Source of the DNA: Clostridia bacterium
Lineage (GTDB): Bacteria; Bacillota; Clostridia; Oscillospirales; Acutalibacteraceae
NCBI GenBank assembly: GCA_017423825.1
Contig: JAFPCP010000029.1
Span: 15,521 to 79,520, forward strand
Direction: 5' to 3'
DNA: 64,000 bases
Below, in pieces: positions 1 through 9,753 of the stretch (positions are counted from its first letter, which is position 1; each line of letters opens with the position of its first letter). The position numbers and the translations under genes were made by a program. The notes under the pieces were generated by a model. It was given only the letters and a program-made list of their open reading frames with translations. It ran no database searches and was not told the origin of the DNA.

Positions 1-77
1 CGGTCTTCGACAGTCGGCTCGTTGACCGATTCATCAGCCGCCTTGTCTGACGACCGCTTGATATCATCGAGACTCAT
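1..77 (-). CDS. partial CDS (first 25 codons only; gene continues past window start), unknown function
   Basis: ATG at 77-75 overlaps the TGA of the GldG-like ORF (ATGA coupling). It reads MSLDDIKRSSDKAADESVNEPTVED and then leaves the window. Confidence 0.35.
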   Translation of the reverse strand, partial: MSLDDIKRSSDKAADESVNEPTVED

Positions 78-1654
78 AAGGTTCTCCTCCTGAGGAATAC
101 AATCAAGGCAATGACTAAGGTTAGCACAGGCAGACCGATAGTGAACAAGCCGAGACCTAACCACAATGCCGTGCCTTCCGAGAAGTTTACTGTGTCGGTA
201 GTCAAGGTTTTGTTGGAGATGTTGATGGCGGATTCGGTATCCGTGACAGAGTTGATGAGCTCCAACAACAGGTCTTCGTTATAGAAACTGCCGGTTTTGA
301 CGGTGGAATCGTATGCCATAGCGGCGCATCCGGATACGGTGACGGTTCCGCTCACCTCGGTGGAGGTGTTGTTGTTGTAGGCATCAATCACGCAAGTGAG
401 CATAGAGGTGAGGGGATAGGCGCTGTCCTCGGCGGCGTACATACGCTCTGCTGCGGCGTTTTGATAATCCTGTAACGAAATCAGTTTAGCGGATTTGGGG
501 TGATTGGTTAAATGCACCGGATACATTGTTTGGATGGCGTCTTCATCGGCTTGGGTTAGGGTTGTAGTCAACCGACGGGCCAGCGGCGTGAGCACCTTTC
601 CTTCGCTTTGAGAATCGGAGATTAGTTCGGAAGAGGGAACGTCTGCCATGGTGTATACCGGGTTATAGTTTTGCATGCGGTTGAGGTCGGTTTCCGTCAA
701 CAATTCATTGGTGACTTGGATTTGATATTCGACATTTAGGAATTCAAACAAATTCGGACAGTCGGCGGTTGGATTGAGGAATACCAGCAGATGACGCCCG
801 TAATTACCGTTGTTATACATCCAGTTTTGCACTTTTTTGATGTCCGCTTTGGTATAATCCTTGGCGGGCGCTGCAATGAGGGCTACTTCCGCTTTTTCGT
901 TGAACTGCGCCGAGCCGGAAATAGAAATTTCTTCAAAAGTATAGCCGTTGATCTCATACAATTCTTTCAAGCCCGCGATGGTGTAAGTATCTTCTTCGTG
1001 TCCGGCCAGCACCTGGACAATGCGTTCTTCGCCGGATGTGAGAGAATAGATGGTGGAGGCTAGCACTTTTTCCACGCGGGATTCAAATTTGTATACGCCT
1101 GTGGAAGAATATTCGGAGGTATCCATCGAGTACAAATCCGTGACCGCGCAGGTTTTGTGGCGATTGCCGTAGATGAACAGCAGGTCGCCCGCTTCCACCT
1201 CATACTCGTTATAGGCTGCGAATTTGCCCGGTTCTTGATTCGGGTCGATAAAGGTGAAAGAAACCGCGTTTTTGGAATGGCTTTTGTATTGTTTCAAAGC
1301 GTTGTAAAATTCTTTTATAGCGGTGTCAAACTCCGGTATACCCTGAGCGGTACCGGAGGTGGGGTTGGAAAATTCCGATTCCGGATAGAAAACGACGATT
1401 TCCAACGGCTGTTGAATTTTCTCCGCGATGGCCACGCTTTCTTTGGACAAAGTGAAGGCTTTATTGGAAGAAAGATCGAGCGAAACCGGGAATCGGTCGG
1501 CAACAACGCCGACAATGACGTTGAGAAGCACAACCGCGGCGATCACCACCACGGTGAGCGCAGAGGAGGCGGTGCCGTAACGTATGCGGCGTTTATTTTG
1601 CATGCGTTTTTGTTTATCCACAGGGGAGGCTGATTTTTTTTTGAATAGTTGCAT
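74..1654 (-). CDS. ABC-transporter auxiliary protein, GldG-like (TM anchors at both ends, large extracytoplasmic body)
   Basis: 526-aa ORF with a GGAGG RBS and hydrophobic helices near the N and C termini. It is third in an operon after the ABC ATPase and ABC-2 permease. Confidence 0.7.
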   Translation of the reverse strand: MQLFKKKSASPVDKQKRMQNKRRIRYGTASSALTVVVIAAVVLLNVIVGVVADRFPVSLDLSSNKAFTLSKESVAIAEKIQQPLEIVVFYPESEFSNPTSGTAQGIPEFDTAIKEFYNALKQYKSHSKNAVSFTFIDPNQEPGKFAAYNEYEVEAGDLLFIYGNRHKTCAVTDLYSMDTSEYSSTGVYKFESRVEKVLASTIYSLTSGEERIVQVLAGHEEDTYTIAGLKELYEINGYTFEEISISGSAQFNEKAEVALIAAPAKDYTKADIKKVQNWMYNNGNYGRHLLVFLNPTADCPNLFEFLNVEYQIQVTNELLTETDLNRMQNYNPVYTMADVPSSELISDSQSEGKVLTPLARRLTTTLTQADEDAIQTMYPVHLTNHPKSAKLISLQDYQNAAAERMYAAEDSAYPLTSMLTCVIDAYNNNTSTEVSGTVTVSGCAAMAYDSTVKTGSFYNEDLLLELINSVTDTESAINISNKTLTTDTVNFSEGTALWLGLGLFTIGLPVLTLVIALIVFLRRRTL

Positions 1655-1670
1655 GATGTTGCCTCCTTTC

Positions 1671-2378
1671 TTAATTCCATCTTTTGCTGTCCAGCACCCG
1701 CACGGTCAGGAAAACGAACAGTGCTTGCGCTGTCAGGAAAAAGACGACGTTATCGTATTGGATCAGCCCGGATGTAAAATCTCCGTAGCGACTGCTGATG
1801 GATAAAAACTCCACTATCGCCGTAACAAAAGAAAACGAAGCAAACAAGGTGGAGAGGATATCGATGCTCATGAGCAGCACCGACACGGCTAAGGTGCCTA
1901 TGGCGGCGATAATCTGGCTCTCGGTCAGAGAGGATATCAACACGCCGATGGAAAGGATCAATCCGCCCACCAACAGCAATCCAATGTAGTTGCCGATGAT
2001 GACCAGCCAATCGGGTGTGGCTTGGGTTGCGATAATGACGGCATACAGAAGGGTGATGGACACGCCGATGGCAAACAGGGCTAAGGCCGCGAGAAACTTG
2101 CCAACCACGATGCCGGTGAGACTGACAGGGGCAGTCAACAGAGCTTGGTCGGTTTTTTGCCGCTTTTCCTCGCTGAACAAGCGCATGGTGAGAAACGGAG
2201 CCGCCAACAAGGTTAATGTGAAGAGACCGCTGTAAACGGCGGTGAGGTCCGCCGTGCCGCTGTATAAGTTATACAGATAGAAAAAATATCCGGAAACAGA
2301 AAACAATACCGCCAACACACCATACCCGACCGGGTTTGTGAAGAAGGCGCGAAACTCTCGTCTAAATACAGCACTCAT
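1671..2378 (-). CDS. ABC-2 type transporter permease
   Basis: 235-aa polytopic membrane ORF. Its start overlaps the stop of the upstream ATPase gene (2375-2378). Confidence 0.8.
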   Translation of the reverse strand: MSAVFRREFRAFFTNPVGYGVLAVLFSVSGYFFYLYNLYSGTADLTAVYSGLFTLTLLAAPFLTMRLFSEEKRQKTDQALLTAPVSLTGIVVGKFLAALALFAIGVSITLLYAVIIATQATPDWLVIIGNYIGLLLVGGLILSIGVLISSLTESQIIAAIGTLAVSVLLMSIDILSTLFASFSFVTAIVEFLSISSRYGDFTSGLIQYDNVVFFLTAQALFVFLTVRVLDSKRWN

Positions 2379-3325
2379 TGATGCATCCCTCCATTTTTGC
2401 GCACCGTCAGATTGATGAAGATATCTTCCAGCGACATAGCCGACGGTTTAGAATACAGTAACGGCCACTTTTTTTGTGCCAAACGTTCGAAAAGGTCCCG
2501 TCGTATGTCGACTCCCTCGGCGACTTCAATGGCGAGGTCGGTGGCACCGTTTTCATTGCTGTCCAGAACGGCAACCTTTTCCACGCCGGGAACGCCTGCA
2601 ATCAGGGAAGAAACCTCTTTCGCCGGGGCGTCGATACGCACCTCTAAACGCCGTTCTTTGGAGAACTTGGCGGAGAGATTTTCGGCGGTATCATCTGCGA
2701 CGATTTCACCTTGATTAAGTATAACGATGCGGTCGCACACCGCTTCGATTTCGCTCAAAATATGTGAGGAAAGGATGACGGTGTGGTGTTTCCCCAGGCT
2801 TTTGATTAGCGAGCGGATTTCGATGATTTGATTCGGGTCGAGACCGACGGTGGGCTCGTCCAGGATTAAAACCGGTGGGTTGCCGATAAGCGCCTGCGCC
2901 ATGCCCACGCGCTGTTTATATCCCTTAGAGAGGTTTTTGATGAGCCGACCATACACGTCCTCGATTTTCATCACGCGACAAATTTCGGTGATGTGCTTTG
3001 CGCGCGGCAGAGCACACTTTTTGAGGTCGTATATAAAATCCAAATATTCCCGCACCGTCATGTCGGGGTAGAGGGGTGGCATTTCCGGCAGATACCCGAT
3101 GTTTGCTTTCGCCTCATTGGGTTCTTCGAGAATATCATGGCCGTTGATACGCACGGTGCCATCGGTGGCAGAGAGATACCCGGTGAGAATGTTCATGGTG
3201 GTGGATTTACCCGCACCGTTGGGTCCAAGGAATCCGAGGATTTCTCCTTCCTCCGCTTGGAAACTGATGTTGTTGACGGCGCAATGACTGCCGTATCGTT
3301 TGACAAGGTTTTTTACTTCAATCAT
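2375..3325 (-). CDS. ABC transporter ATP-binding protein
   Basis: Walker A GPNGAGKST, signature LSKGYKQRV, Walker B LILDEPT. Confidence 0.92.
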   Translation of the reverse strand: MIEVKNLVKRYGSHCAVNNISFQAEEGEILGFLGPNGAGKSTTMNILTGYLSATDGTVRINGHDILEEPNEAKANIGYLPEMPPLYPDMTVREYLDFIYDLKKCALPRAKHITEICRVMKIEDVYGRLIKNLSKGYKQRVGMAQALIGNPPVLILDEPTVGLDPNQIIEIRSLIKSLGKHHTVILSSHILSEIEAVCDRIVILNQGEIVADDTAENLSAKFSKERRLEVRIDAPAKEVSSLIAGVPGVEKVAVLDSNENGATDLAIEVAEGVDIRRDLFERLAQKKWPLLYSKPSAMSLEDIFINLTVRKNGGMHQ

Positions 3326-3537
3326 AAACTTATGTGCCTCCTGTTGCCGGAATTTCGACGATAAGTACCTATTTTATTATAAAGGGGACTGCTAACAAAA
3401 GTGTAAACAGACTGTGAAAGATGGATAAAAGGTGCTTTTTTGCATTTTAGAAACCTTCTTATTAGTATAGCATAAACAAGAGCGTTTTTCAACCACGATA
3501 TCCGGTCAAATTAATAGAAAAAATATGAAATTGACGC

Positions 3538-3566
3538 TTGACATCGGCGCGGGGTTATGGTATGAT
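3538..3566 (+). promoter_or_regulatory. sigma-A type promoter of the tRNA cluster
   Basis: TTGACA (3538-3543), 17-nt spacer, TATGAT (3561-3566), about 28 nt upstream of tRNA-Gly. Confidence 0.7.
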
Positions 3567-3593
3567 AAACCACGCTGTCACACAGCAAGATGC

Positions 3594-3667
3594 GCGGGTG
3601 TAGTTCAGTGGTAGAACCCCAGCCTTCCAAGCTGGTTGTGTGGGTTCGATTCCCATCACCCGCTCCA
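3594..3667 (+). tRNA. tRNA-Gly (anticodon UCC)
   Basis: Cloverleaf folded by hand: acceptor GCGGGTG/CACCCGC, anticodon loop CTTCCAA, T-loop TTCGATT, encoded CCA. Confidence 0.93.
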
Positions 3668-3690
3668 ACGTCCTTTCCGGACACACATAA

Positions 3691-3767
3691 GCGCTTGTAG
3701 CTCAGCTGGATAGAGCATCTGCCTTCTAAGCAGAGGGCCAGGGGTTCGAGTCCCTTCAAGCGCGCCA
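3691..3767 (+). tRNA. tRNA-Arg (anticodon UCU)
   Basis: Acceptor GCGCTTG/CAAGCGC, anticodon stem TCTGC/GCAGA with loop CTTCTAA, T-loop TTCGAGT, encoded CCA. Confidence 0.93.
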
Positions 3768-3771
3768 ATAT

Positions 3772-3850
3772 GGTGGGTGTAGCGTAGTTGGCCTAACGCG
3801 TCAGTTTGTGGCACTGAAGATCGTGGGTTCGAATCCCATCTCCCACCCCA
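3772..3850 (+). tRNA. tRNA-His (anticodon GUG, with extra 5' G-1)
   Basis: Anticodon stem TCAGT/ACTGA with loop TTGTGGC, T-loop TTCGAAT. The extra 5' G opposite discriminator C is typical of tRNA-His. CCA is encoded. Confidence 0.9.
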
Positions 3851-3862
3851 GAAAATGGAAAT

Positions 3863-3893
3863 GGCACCGCATGAGCGGTGCCGTTTTCGTTTT
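3863..3893 (+). terminator. rho-independent terminator of tRNA cluster
   Basis: GGCACCGC-ATGA-GCGGTGCC followed by GTTTTCGTTTT. Confidence 0.8.
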
Positions 3894-3938
3894 GTGAGTT
3901 GAGTGTGTTTTTTACAGCGTAAACATTTGTTTTTTCTC

Positions 3939-3967
3939 TTGACTTTTTCTTCCATGACTGCTATAAT
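3939..3967 (+). promoter_or_regulatory. sigma-A type promoter of rpsF-ssb-rpsR
   Basis: TTGACT (3939-3944), 17-nt spacer, TATAAT (3962-3967). Confidence 0.75.
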
Positions 3968-3973
3968 AACACA

Positions 3974-4042
3974 GTTCATGAATGTGTACCTCCTTGCTCC
4001 ATCTGAGGGATGGGGCCATTAGACCATAAGGAGGTGCAATCT
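3974..4042 (+). promoter_or_regulatory. rpsF 5' leader with an anti-Shine-Dalgarno helix (candidate S6:S18 autoregulatory leader)
   Basis: GTACCTCC (3986-3993) can pair with the RBS GGAGGTGC (4030-4037) in 8 bp including one G-U. The position matches the ribosomal-protein leader described for rpsF operons. Confidence 0.4.
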
Positions 4043-4342
4043 ATGCCCACAGTAAAAGCGTCCTATGAGGCTGTTTTCGTGTACTCTCTGAAAGCCGGGG
4101 AGGAAGCGGTGGAAGCCATCAAGGAAAAATTCCGTGCTCTGATCGAGCAAAATGCCGAAATCGGTGAAGTTGACGAGTGGGGCAAGCGCAAGCTGGCTTA
4201 TCTCATCAACGACGAAGCGGAAGGCTATTATGTGCTGTACAACTTTGTCAGCGGCCCGGCCTTCCCGGCGGAATTGGAGCGTGTCAGCGGTATCACCGAT
4301 GGCGTTCTGCGTTCCATGGTTATCCGTAAAGAGGAAGCATAA
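4043..4342 (+). CDS. rpsF: 30S ribosomal protein S6
   Basis: MPTVKASYEAVFVY... is typical of S6, and GGAGG lies 7 nt upstream of the ATG at 4043. The ORF-track start at 4010 lacks an RBS. Classic rpsF-ssb-rpsR order. Confidence 0.93.
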   Translation: MPTVKASYEAVFVYSLKAGEEAVEAIKEKFRALIEQNAEIGEVDEWGKRKLAYLINDEAEGYYVLYNFVSGPAFPAELERVSGITDGVLRSMVIRKEEA

Positions 4343-4356
4343 GGAGGGAAAAACAC

Positions 4357-4803
4357 ATGAATTCCATCTGCTTGATGGGGCGTCTTACAGCCGATATTGA
4401 GTTGAAGACCACCCAAAGCGGCGTGGCCGTTGCCAGTTTCAGCGTAGCGGTAGATCGTGCGTATCGCTCTAAGGATCAAGAGCGGCAGACTGATTTCATC
4501 AACTGCGTAGCTTGGCGTCAGACCGCCGAGTTCATCTCCCGCTACTTCCACAAGGGACAGCGCATTGCCCTGAACGGCTCGTTGCAGTCCCGCAGTTACA
4601 CAGCCAACGACGGTAGCAAACGCACCGTATACGAGGTTGTGGTAGACAATGCTTATTTCTGCGAGTCCAAAGGCGGGCAAGCCGGCGGAGCTCCCAACTA
4701 TGATTCCCAGATTCCGGCCGTAACAGAGGCGAAACCCGCCTTTTCTACGGCAAACGCCGGTGATTTTGAGGAAATCCTCAGCGATGAAGAATTGCCGTTC
4801 TGA
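4357..4803 (+). CDS. ssb: single-stranded DNA-binding protein
   Basis: N-terminal OB fold (MNSICLMGRLTADIELK), G/Q/P-rich linker, acidic C-terminal tip DEELPF. Confidence 0.95.
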   Translation: MNSICLMGRLTADIELKTTQSGVAVASFSVAVDRAYRSKDQERQTDFINCVAWRQTAEFISRYFHKGQRIALNGSLQSRSYTANDGSKRTVYEVVVDNAYFCESKGGQAGGAPNYDSQIPAVTEAKPAFSTANAGDFEEILSDEELPF

Positions 4804-4845
4804 AATCGGGGAACTGTTGATTATTGAGTAAAGGAGGCCTTTTTC

Positions 4846-5103
4846 ATGGCTGAAAGAGCTGAAAGACCTGAGCGTCCCATGCGCTCCGGCCGCAGAGGGC
4901 ATCGTAAAGTGTGCCAATTCTGCGTGGATAAAGTCGATTACATCGATTATAAGGATGTTGCTCGCTTGCGCCGTTTCATGTCCGAGCGTGCGAAGATCCT
5001 GCCTCGGCGTGTGACCGGCACCTGTGCCCGTCACCAGAGAGCGCTGACCACCGCGATTAAGCGTGCCCGTCAGATTGCTTTGGTGCCGTTTGTTTCGGAT
5101 TAA
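4846..5103 (+). CDS. rpsR: 30S ribosomal protein S18
   Basis: The motif [18 protein letters not shown]...LPRRVTG is typical of S18. Confidence 0.95.
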   Translation: MAERAERPERPMRSGRRGHRKVCQFCVDKVDYIDYKDVARLRRFMSERAKILPRRVTGTCARHQRALTTAIKRARQIALVPFVSD

Positions 5104-5105
5104 TC

Positions 5106-5145
5106 AAAAAAGCCGCCCATTCGTTTGAATGGGCGGCTTTTTTTC
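5106..5145. terminator. bidirectional rho-independent terminator (rpsR / tmcAL convergent)
   Basis: AAGCCGCCCATTC-GTTT-GAATGGGCGGCTT flanked by an A-run and a T-run. Confidence 0.85.
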
Positions 5146-5147
5146 GC

Positions 5148-6368
5148 TTATAGACGCAACAGCTTCTTTGTACAATCGGCACCGCAAGGGGGTGGTGTCG
5201 GTAGGGCAAGAGCGTGCAGGTCGGTGGCACGCTGTTCCAATGCGAACAATGCTTGGCAAGCAGGGGAAAGGGGTTTCAACTGGCTGCTTTTAGTGAACAG
5301 CGGTAATGTCGGGTTGGCGGCGGCGAGGATTTCCTCGCCTTTTTTGTTCATTCCTAAAACGCGTATATACGGCGGTGTTTGAGCCAAATTGTCTTTTGTA
5401 AAGCCTAGCAAAGCTGCCCACAGTATGCGTCGCAACCGCGCTTGCGGATACCGACGAGTGGAGATGGAATCCCATAATTCCTGTGCGTTTGCGGAGCTTC
5501 TGACCGCCCGGTAAAGGCGGTTTTCCAGTCCCTCGGAAAGGTAGGGTAGATTACCGAATTCCTGTTCGCTCATGGTGCGTAAGCGAGCGAGCAGAGCGGT
5601 TTCGAGCGCCGTTTCGTTGGCGGGCGTCTCGTGTTTGTCAAGCGCCCGTTTTAACACGTCCACTGCGGCCTGCGGCATATACTTTTGCACCTCGTTTACT
5701 TGATGGGCTCGAATCCATTTGCGCAGTTGCCCGGCGGTGGCGTAGCCATCCTTCGGGGCGGCGTCATTGTGCCCGCTCCCTTTCCGTTTGAGGGTGTAGA
5801 AAGAGAGGTTGCTTTTCAGCTCGTTTGCCGCTTGCATGTAGGCAACACCGAGCGTATTATTAGGAGTGGCCAGATGCGCAGCGACCTCCTCGCCTAGATG
5901 TTCGGCCGCGGCCGCCTGCCGTGCGGCGGCATAGGGGATGCCGGTGTCCATATATCGGCGCAGCGCTTCTCCAAAGGCAGGGGTTTCTTGTAAGGCGGCG
6001 AGTTTCTGCAAGTCATGTATGTTGCCGCATTCGCTGCCAAAAGAGAGCACGTCCACACAACCGAGCGCTTCTAGCAAGGCGACACCGCCGGTGGCAAAGC
6101 GTTCTGCCGGTGCCATAGCCCACGGCAACGGCAGTTCTACAACCAAGTCTACGCCGCAACGAAGCGCCATTTCGGCACGATGAAATTTTGTCATAAGCGC
6201 CGGCTCACCGCGTTGGGTGAACGAGCCGCTGAGCACCGCAACCATGTGGGTGGCGTTACCGCCTTCAGGGTGGCGTGTGGCAGCAATATGGGCGGCGTGA
6301 CCGGCATGAAATGGGTCATATTCGGCTATAATACCAGCAATACGCAAAAAAACCATCCTTCCTGACAA
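5148..6368 (-). CDS. tmcAL: tRNA(Met) cytidine acetate ligase (YlbM/TmcAL family nucleotidyltransferase)
   Basis: N-terminal GIIAEYDPFHAGH HIGH-like motif and a length of about 400 aa. The start is uncertain: TTG at 6368 or ATG at 6356. Confidence 0.8.
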   Translation of the reverse strand: MSGRMVFLRIAGIIAEYDPFHAGHAAHIAATRHPEGGNATHMVAVLSGSFTQRGEPALMTKFHRAEMALRCGVDLVVELPLPWAMAPAERFATGGVALLEALGCVDVLSFGSECGNIHDLQKLAALQETPAFGEALRRYMDTGIPYAAARQAAAAEHLGEEVAAHLATPNNTLGVAYMQAANELKSNLSFYTLKRKGSGHNDAAPKDGYATAGQLRKWIRAHQVNEVQKYMPQAAVDVLKRALDKHETPANETALETALLARLRTMSEQEFGNLPYLSEGLENRLYRAVRSSANAQELWDSISTRRYPQARLRRILWAALLGFTKDNLAQTPPYIRVLGMNKKGEEILAAANPTLPLFTKSSQLKPLSPACQALFALEQRATDLHALALPTPPPCGADCTKKLLRL

Positions 6369-6450
6369 GTTAATGGTTGAAATTTATATACAAATCCGTT
6401 ATTATATATTACGATAAATCTTCAATAAAATCAATGAGGAGTCGAGAAAA

Positions 6451-7638
6451 ATGAAAATTTTGGTTATTAACGCCGGTAGTTCGTCCCTGAAATATCAACT
6501 CATAGACATGGACGGGGAGAAAGTGCTCGCCAAAGGTGTGTGCGAGCGTATCGGCGCGGCGGACGGCATCTTCACGCACAAAGCGTTTGGAAAAGCGTGG
6601 AAGAGCGAGGTGTCTATGCCGGACCATACGGCGGCTTTTACGCAGGTAAAAAAAGCCTTGACCGAAGGTGAGGGCAAGGTGATAGAGGACCTGTCCGAGG
6701 TGAATGCAATTGGCCATCGCGTGGTGCAAGGCGGTGCGAAATACGACCGCTCGGTGGTTATCACCGAAGAGGTGTTGCAGGATATTGATGCTATGAAAGC
6801 GTTGGCGCCGTTGCACAACCCGCCGGCTTTGCAAGGCATTGCCGCGGCGACCGCTACGTTTGGTGTGGACATCACGCAGGCGGCGGTGTTTGATACGGCG
6901 TTCCATCAGACCATGGAGCCGCAGGCATATATGTTTGCGTTGCCGTATGAGTATTATGAGAAGTATGGTGTGCGCCGATATGGCTTTCACGGCACCTCTC
7001 ACCGGTATGTGAGTGCACGGTGCATGGAATTGTTGCAAAACAAACCCGATGCCCGTATCATTACCTGCCATTTGGGCAGTGGCTCCTCGATTGCCGCTAT
7101 CAAAGGCGGCAAGGTGGTGGACACCACCATGGGCATGACGCCTTTGGATGGCTTTATGATGGGCACGCGTTCGGGTGGGTTTGACCCGTCGGTGGTCACC
7201 TTCTTGATGGAAAAAGAGGGACTCACCCCCAAGCAGATGGATGATGTTATGAACAAAAAATCCGGCACGCTGGGTATTTCCGGTGTGTCCAATGACGATC
7301 GCGATATCCAAGCGGCGATAGAACGCGGCGATGCACGTGCAAAATTGGCTTGGGATATGCGCACCTATCAGGTGCTCAAAATTATCGGCGGCTACATTGC
7401 GGCGCTGGGCGGTTTGGACGCGTTGGTGTTCACCGCCGGCGTGGGCGAGAATCAGCCCGCTCTGCGTGCCGAACTGATAGAAGGACTTTCCTATATGGGC
7501 ATGAAATGTGACCATGAGGCGAATGCGGTGCGCGGTGAGGAGCGGCTGATCACCACAGCCGACTCGGCGATTCCCGCGTGGATTATTCCGACGGACGAAG
7601 AAATGGTGATTGCACGGGATACCGCTGCTTTGGTATGA
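6451..7638 (+). CDS. ackA: acetate kinase
   Basis: MKILVINAGSSSLKYQL..., FHGTSHRYV, and IPTDEE at the C-terminus. Confidence 0.96.
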   Translation: MKILVINAGSSSLKYQLIDMDGEKVLAKGVCERIGAADGIFTHKAFGKAWKSEVSMPDHTAAFTQVKKALTEGEGKVIEDLSEVNAIGHRVVQGGAKYDRSVVITEEVLQDIDAMKALAPLHNPPALQGIAAATATFGVDITQAAVFDTAFHQTMEPQAYMFALPYEYYEKYGVRRYGFHGTSHRYVSARCMELLQNKPDARIITCHLGSGSSIAAIKGGKVVDTTMGMTPLDGFMMGTRSGGFDPSVVTFLMEKEGLTPKQMDDVMNKKSGTLGISGVSNDDRDIQAAIERGDARAKLAWDMRTYQVLKIIGGYIAALGGLDALVFTAGVGENQPALRAELIEGLSYMGMKCDHEANAVRGEERLITTADSAIPAWIIPTDEEMVIARDTAALV

Positions 7639-7645
7639 GAATATG

Positions 7646-7677
7646 AAAAAGCCCGCAACTTGTGTTGCGGGCTTTTT
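7646..7677. terminator. bidirectional terminator (ackA / DUF378 convergent)
   Basis: AAAAAGCCCGCAAC-TTGT-GTTGCGGGCTTTTT. Confidence 0.85.
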
Positions 7678-7683
7678 GCTTTC

Positions 7684-7881
7684 TCAGTCGGCTTTGGCGC
7701 GGGGGTTGAACAAGAGAGAAATGCACCAGATGCCGGCCAATGCCACCACCGTATAAATAATACGGGCAAACAACGAGCCGGAACCGCCGCAAATCCAGGC
7801 TACCAAGTCAAACTGAAACAGACCAATACTGCCCCAGTTGAGAGCGCCGATGATAGTTAAAATAAGAGCGATTTTGTTCAT
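7684..7881 (-). CDS. DUF378 family small membrane protein
   Basis: MNKIALILTIIGALNWGSIGLFQFDLVA... with two TM helices. The start was trimmed to the ATG at 7881. Confidence 0.8.
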   Translation of the reverse strand: MNKIALILTIIGALNWGSIGLFQFDLVAWICGGSGSLFARIIYTVVALAGIWCISLLFNPRAKAD

Positions 7882-8023
7882 GGTATGACTCCTTTCTTTC
7901 TGGTGTCTAGAAACAGTATGCACCGATGAATCGCAAAATATACACACAGGAACTTGTCCTTTACTTTTAAGCAAAATCGTGGTATACTTGTAAAAGTTTT
8001 TGAGTAAAAAGGGAGGATTTTGT

Positions 8024-8293
8024 ATGCGGGCAGTTATTACGGTGGTTGGTAAAGATGCCGTTGGTATTTTGGCTAAGGTTTCGGGTTGTTGCAGCGACCA
8101 TCATATAAACGTCATTGAAGTGACGCAATCCATATTGCAGGAAATGTTTGCTATGATTATGATGGTGGATATTGCGAACAGCGATATTCCGTTCACGCGA
8201 TTGGTGGATGAAATGACGGAACTGGGCAAACAAAATCATTTGGTTATTCATTGTATGCATGAGGAAATTTTCAGCGCGATGCATACCATTTAA
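8024..8293 (+). CDS. ACT domain protein (UPF0237 family)
   Basis: [20 protein letters not shown]... with GGAGG upstream of the ATG at 8024. It is always paired with the following UPF0210 gene. Confidence 0.85.
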   Translation: MRAVITVVGKDAVGILAKVSGCCSDHHINVIEVTQSILQEMFAMIMMVDIANSDIPFTRLVDEMTELGKQNHLVIHCMHEEIFSAMHTI

Positions 8294-8304
8294 GGAGACA
8301 GGTT

Positions 8305-9666
8305 ATGTTAAACGGTAAGGACATATTAGAAACCATCACCATGATCCAGGACGAAAACCTGGACGTGCGTACGATAACGATGGGCATCTCTTTGTTGGAT
8401 TGTTGTGACAGCGATGTGGATTCCATGTGTCGTAAGGTGTATGATAAAATTACCCGTTGTGCCAAGAATTTGGTACGCACAGGCGAAGAGATTGAGAAAG
8501 AACTCGGCATTCCGATTGTCAACAAACGCATTTCCATTACGCCGGCGGCGATGGTGCTTGCGGCGTGCGAAAAGCGCGACGCGGTCAAATTAGCGCGCAC
8601 GTTGGAGCGGGCGGCTTTGGCTTGCGGGGTGAACTTTCTGGGCGGTTTTTCCGCCTTGGTGCACAAGGGCTTTTCCGCCGGCGACCGCGAACTCATAGAG
8701 TCTATCCCGGAGGCGTTGGCGGTGACCGACCACATCTGTGCTTCGGTCAACGTCGGCTCGACCAAGGCCGGCATTAACATGGATGCCGTTGCGTTGATGG
8801 GACGCATTGTGCGTCAATCCGCCGAGTTGACGGCTGACCGTGGATGCATTGGACCGGCTAAACTCGTAGTTTTGTGTAATGCGCCGGAAGATAATCCGTT
8901 TATGGCGGGCGCCTTCCACGGCGTTGGCGAGCCGGATTGCGTGATTAACGTGGGCGTTTCCGGCCCCGGTGTGGTACGTGCCGCGTTGGCAAAAGCCGGC
9001 CCGGAGCCCGATTTGGGCTATATTGCGGAACTTATCAAAAAGACCGCTTTCAAGATTACGCGTACCGGCCAGTTGGTGGCGCAGGAAGCATCCAAACGGC
9101 TGGGCGTGCCGTTCGGCATTGTGGATTTGTCGTTGGCACCGACACCGGCGATAGGCGATTCGGTAGCCCATATTTTGGAAGAAATCGGGTTATCCCAGTG
9201 TGGTGGCCATGGCACGACAGCGGCGTTGGCGATGCTTAACGACGCGGTGAAAAAGGGCGGCGTGATGGCATCCTCCCATGTCGGCGGCCTGTCCGGTGCG
9301 TTTATCCCGGTTACGGAAGATGCCGGCATGATTGCGGCCGCGCGTAGTGGTTGCCTGCGTATAGAAAAATTAGAAGCAATGACGTCCGTCTGCTCGGTGG
9401 GGTTGGATATGATAAACATTCCCGGCGACACGCCGGCAGAGGTGATTTCCGCTATCATTGCCGACGAAGCGGCAATCGGCATGGTCAATTCCAAAACCAC
9501 CGCCGTGCGCGTGATACCGGCTATCGGCAAACAGGTGGGGGACGAGCTGAACTTTGGCGGATTATTGGGCGAGGGTCCGGTCATGCCGCTGAACACCGCC
9601 TCTCCTGCGGTGTTTATTCAGCGCGGCGGCCGTATTCCGGCCCCTATGCAGAGTCTAAAAAACTAA
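8305..9666 (+). CDS. UPF0210 (DUF711 / PFL-like) family protein
   Basis: The N-terminus [27 protein letters not shown] is characteristic of UPF0210. Length 453 aa. Confidence 0.85.
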   Translation: MLNGKDILETITMIQDENLDVRTITMGISLLDCCDSDVDSMCRKVYDKITRCAKNLVRTGEEIEKELGIPIVNKRISITPAAMVLAACEKRDAVKLARTLERAALACGVNFLGGFSALVHKGFSAGDRELIESIPEALAVTDHICASVNVGSTKAGINMDAVALMGRIVRQSAELTADRGCIGPAKLVVLCNAPEDNPFMAGAFHGVGEPDCVINVGVSGPGVVRAALAKAGPEPDLGYIAELIKKTAFKITRTGQLVAQEASKRLGVPFGIVDLSLAPTPAIGDSVAHILEEIGLSQCGGHGTTAALAMLNDAVKKGGVMASSHVGGLSGAFIPVTEDAGMIAAARSGCLRIEKLEAMTSVCSVGLDMINIPGDTPAEVISAIIADEAAIGMVNSKTTAVRVIPAIGKQVGDELNFGGLLGEGPVMPLNTASPAVFIQRGGRIPAPMQSLKN

Positions 9667-9675
9667 AATATAATG

Positions 9676-9711
9676 AAAAAAGAGGACGAACCATCCGGTT
9701 CGTCCTCTTTT
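9676..9711. terminator. bidirectional terminator
   Basis: AAGAGGACGAACC-ATCC-GGTTCGTCCTCTT flanked by an A-run and a T-run. Confidence 0.8.
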
Positions 9712-9753
9712 GCTTGTATAGTTAAACACCTTTACAGGTCTATTAGCTATAAT

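Noticed and set aside
3511-3979. Two minus-strand ORFs (85 and 107 aa) over the tRNA-Gly/Arg/His cluster
   Set aside because: They overlap three well-folded tRNA genes and their promoter and terminator.
4228-5034. 268-aa minus-strand ORF antisense to rpsF-ssb-rpsR
   Set aside because: It overlaps three highly conserved genes, so it is a shadow ORF.
6409-7515. 368-aa minus-strand ORF antisense to ackA
   Set aside because: It lies entirely inside the well-supported acetate kinase gene. Its R/H/G-rich composition is typical of antisense frames in GC-rich coding DNA, and it has no RBS.
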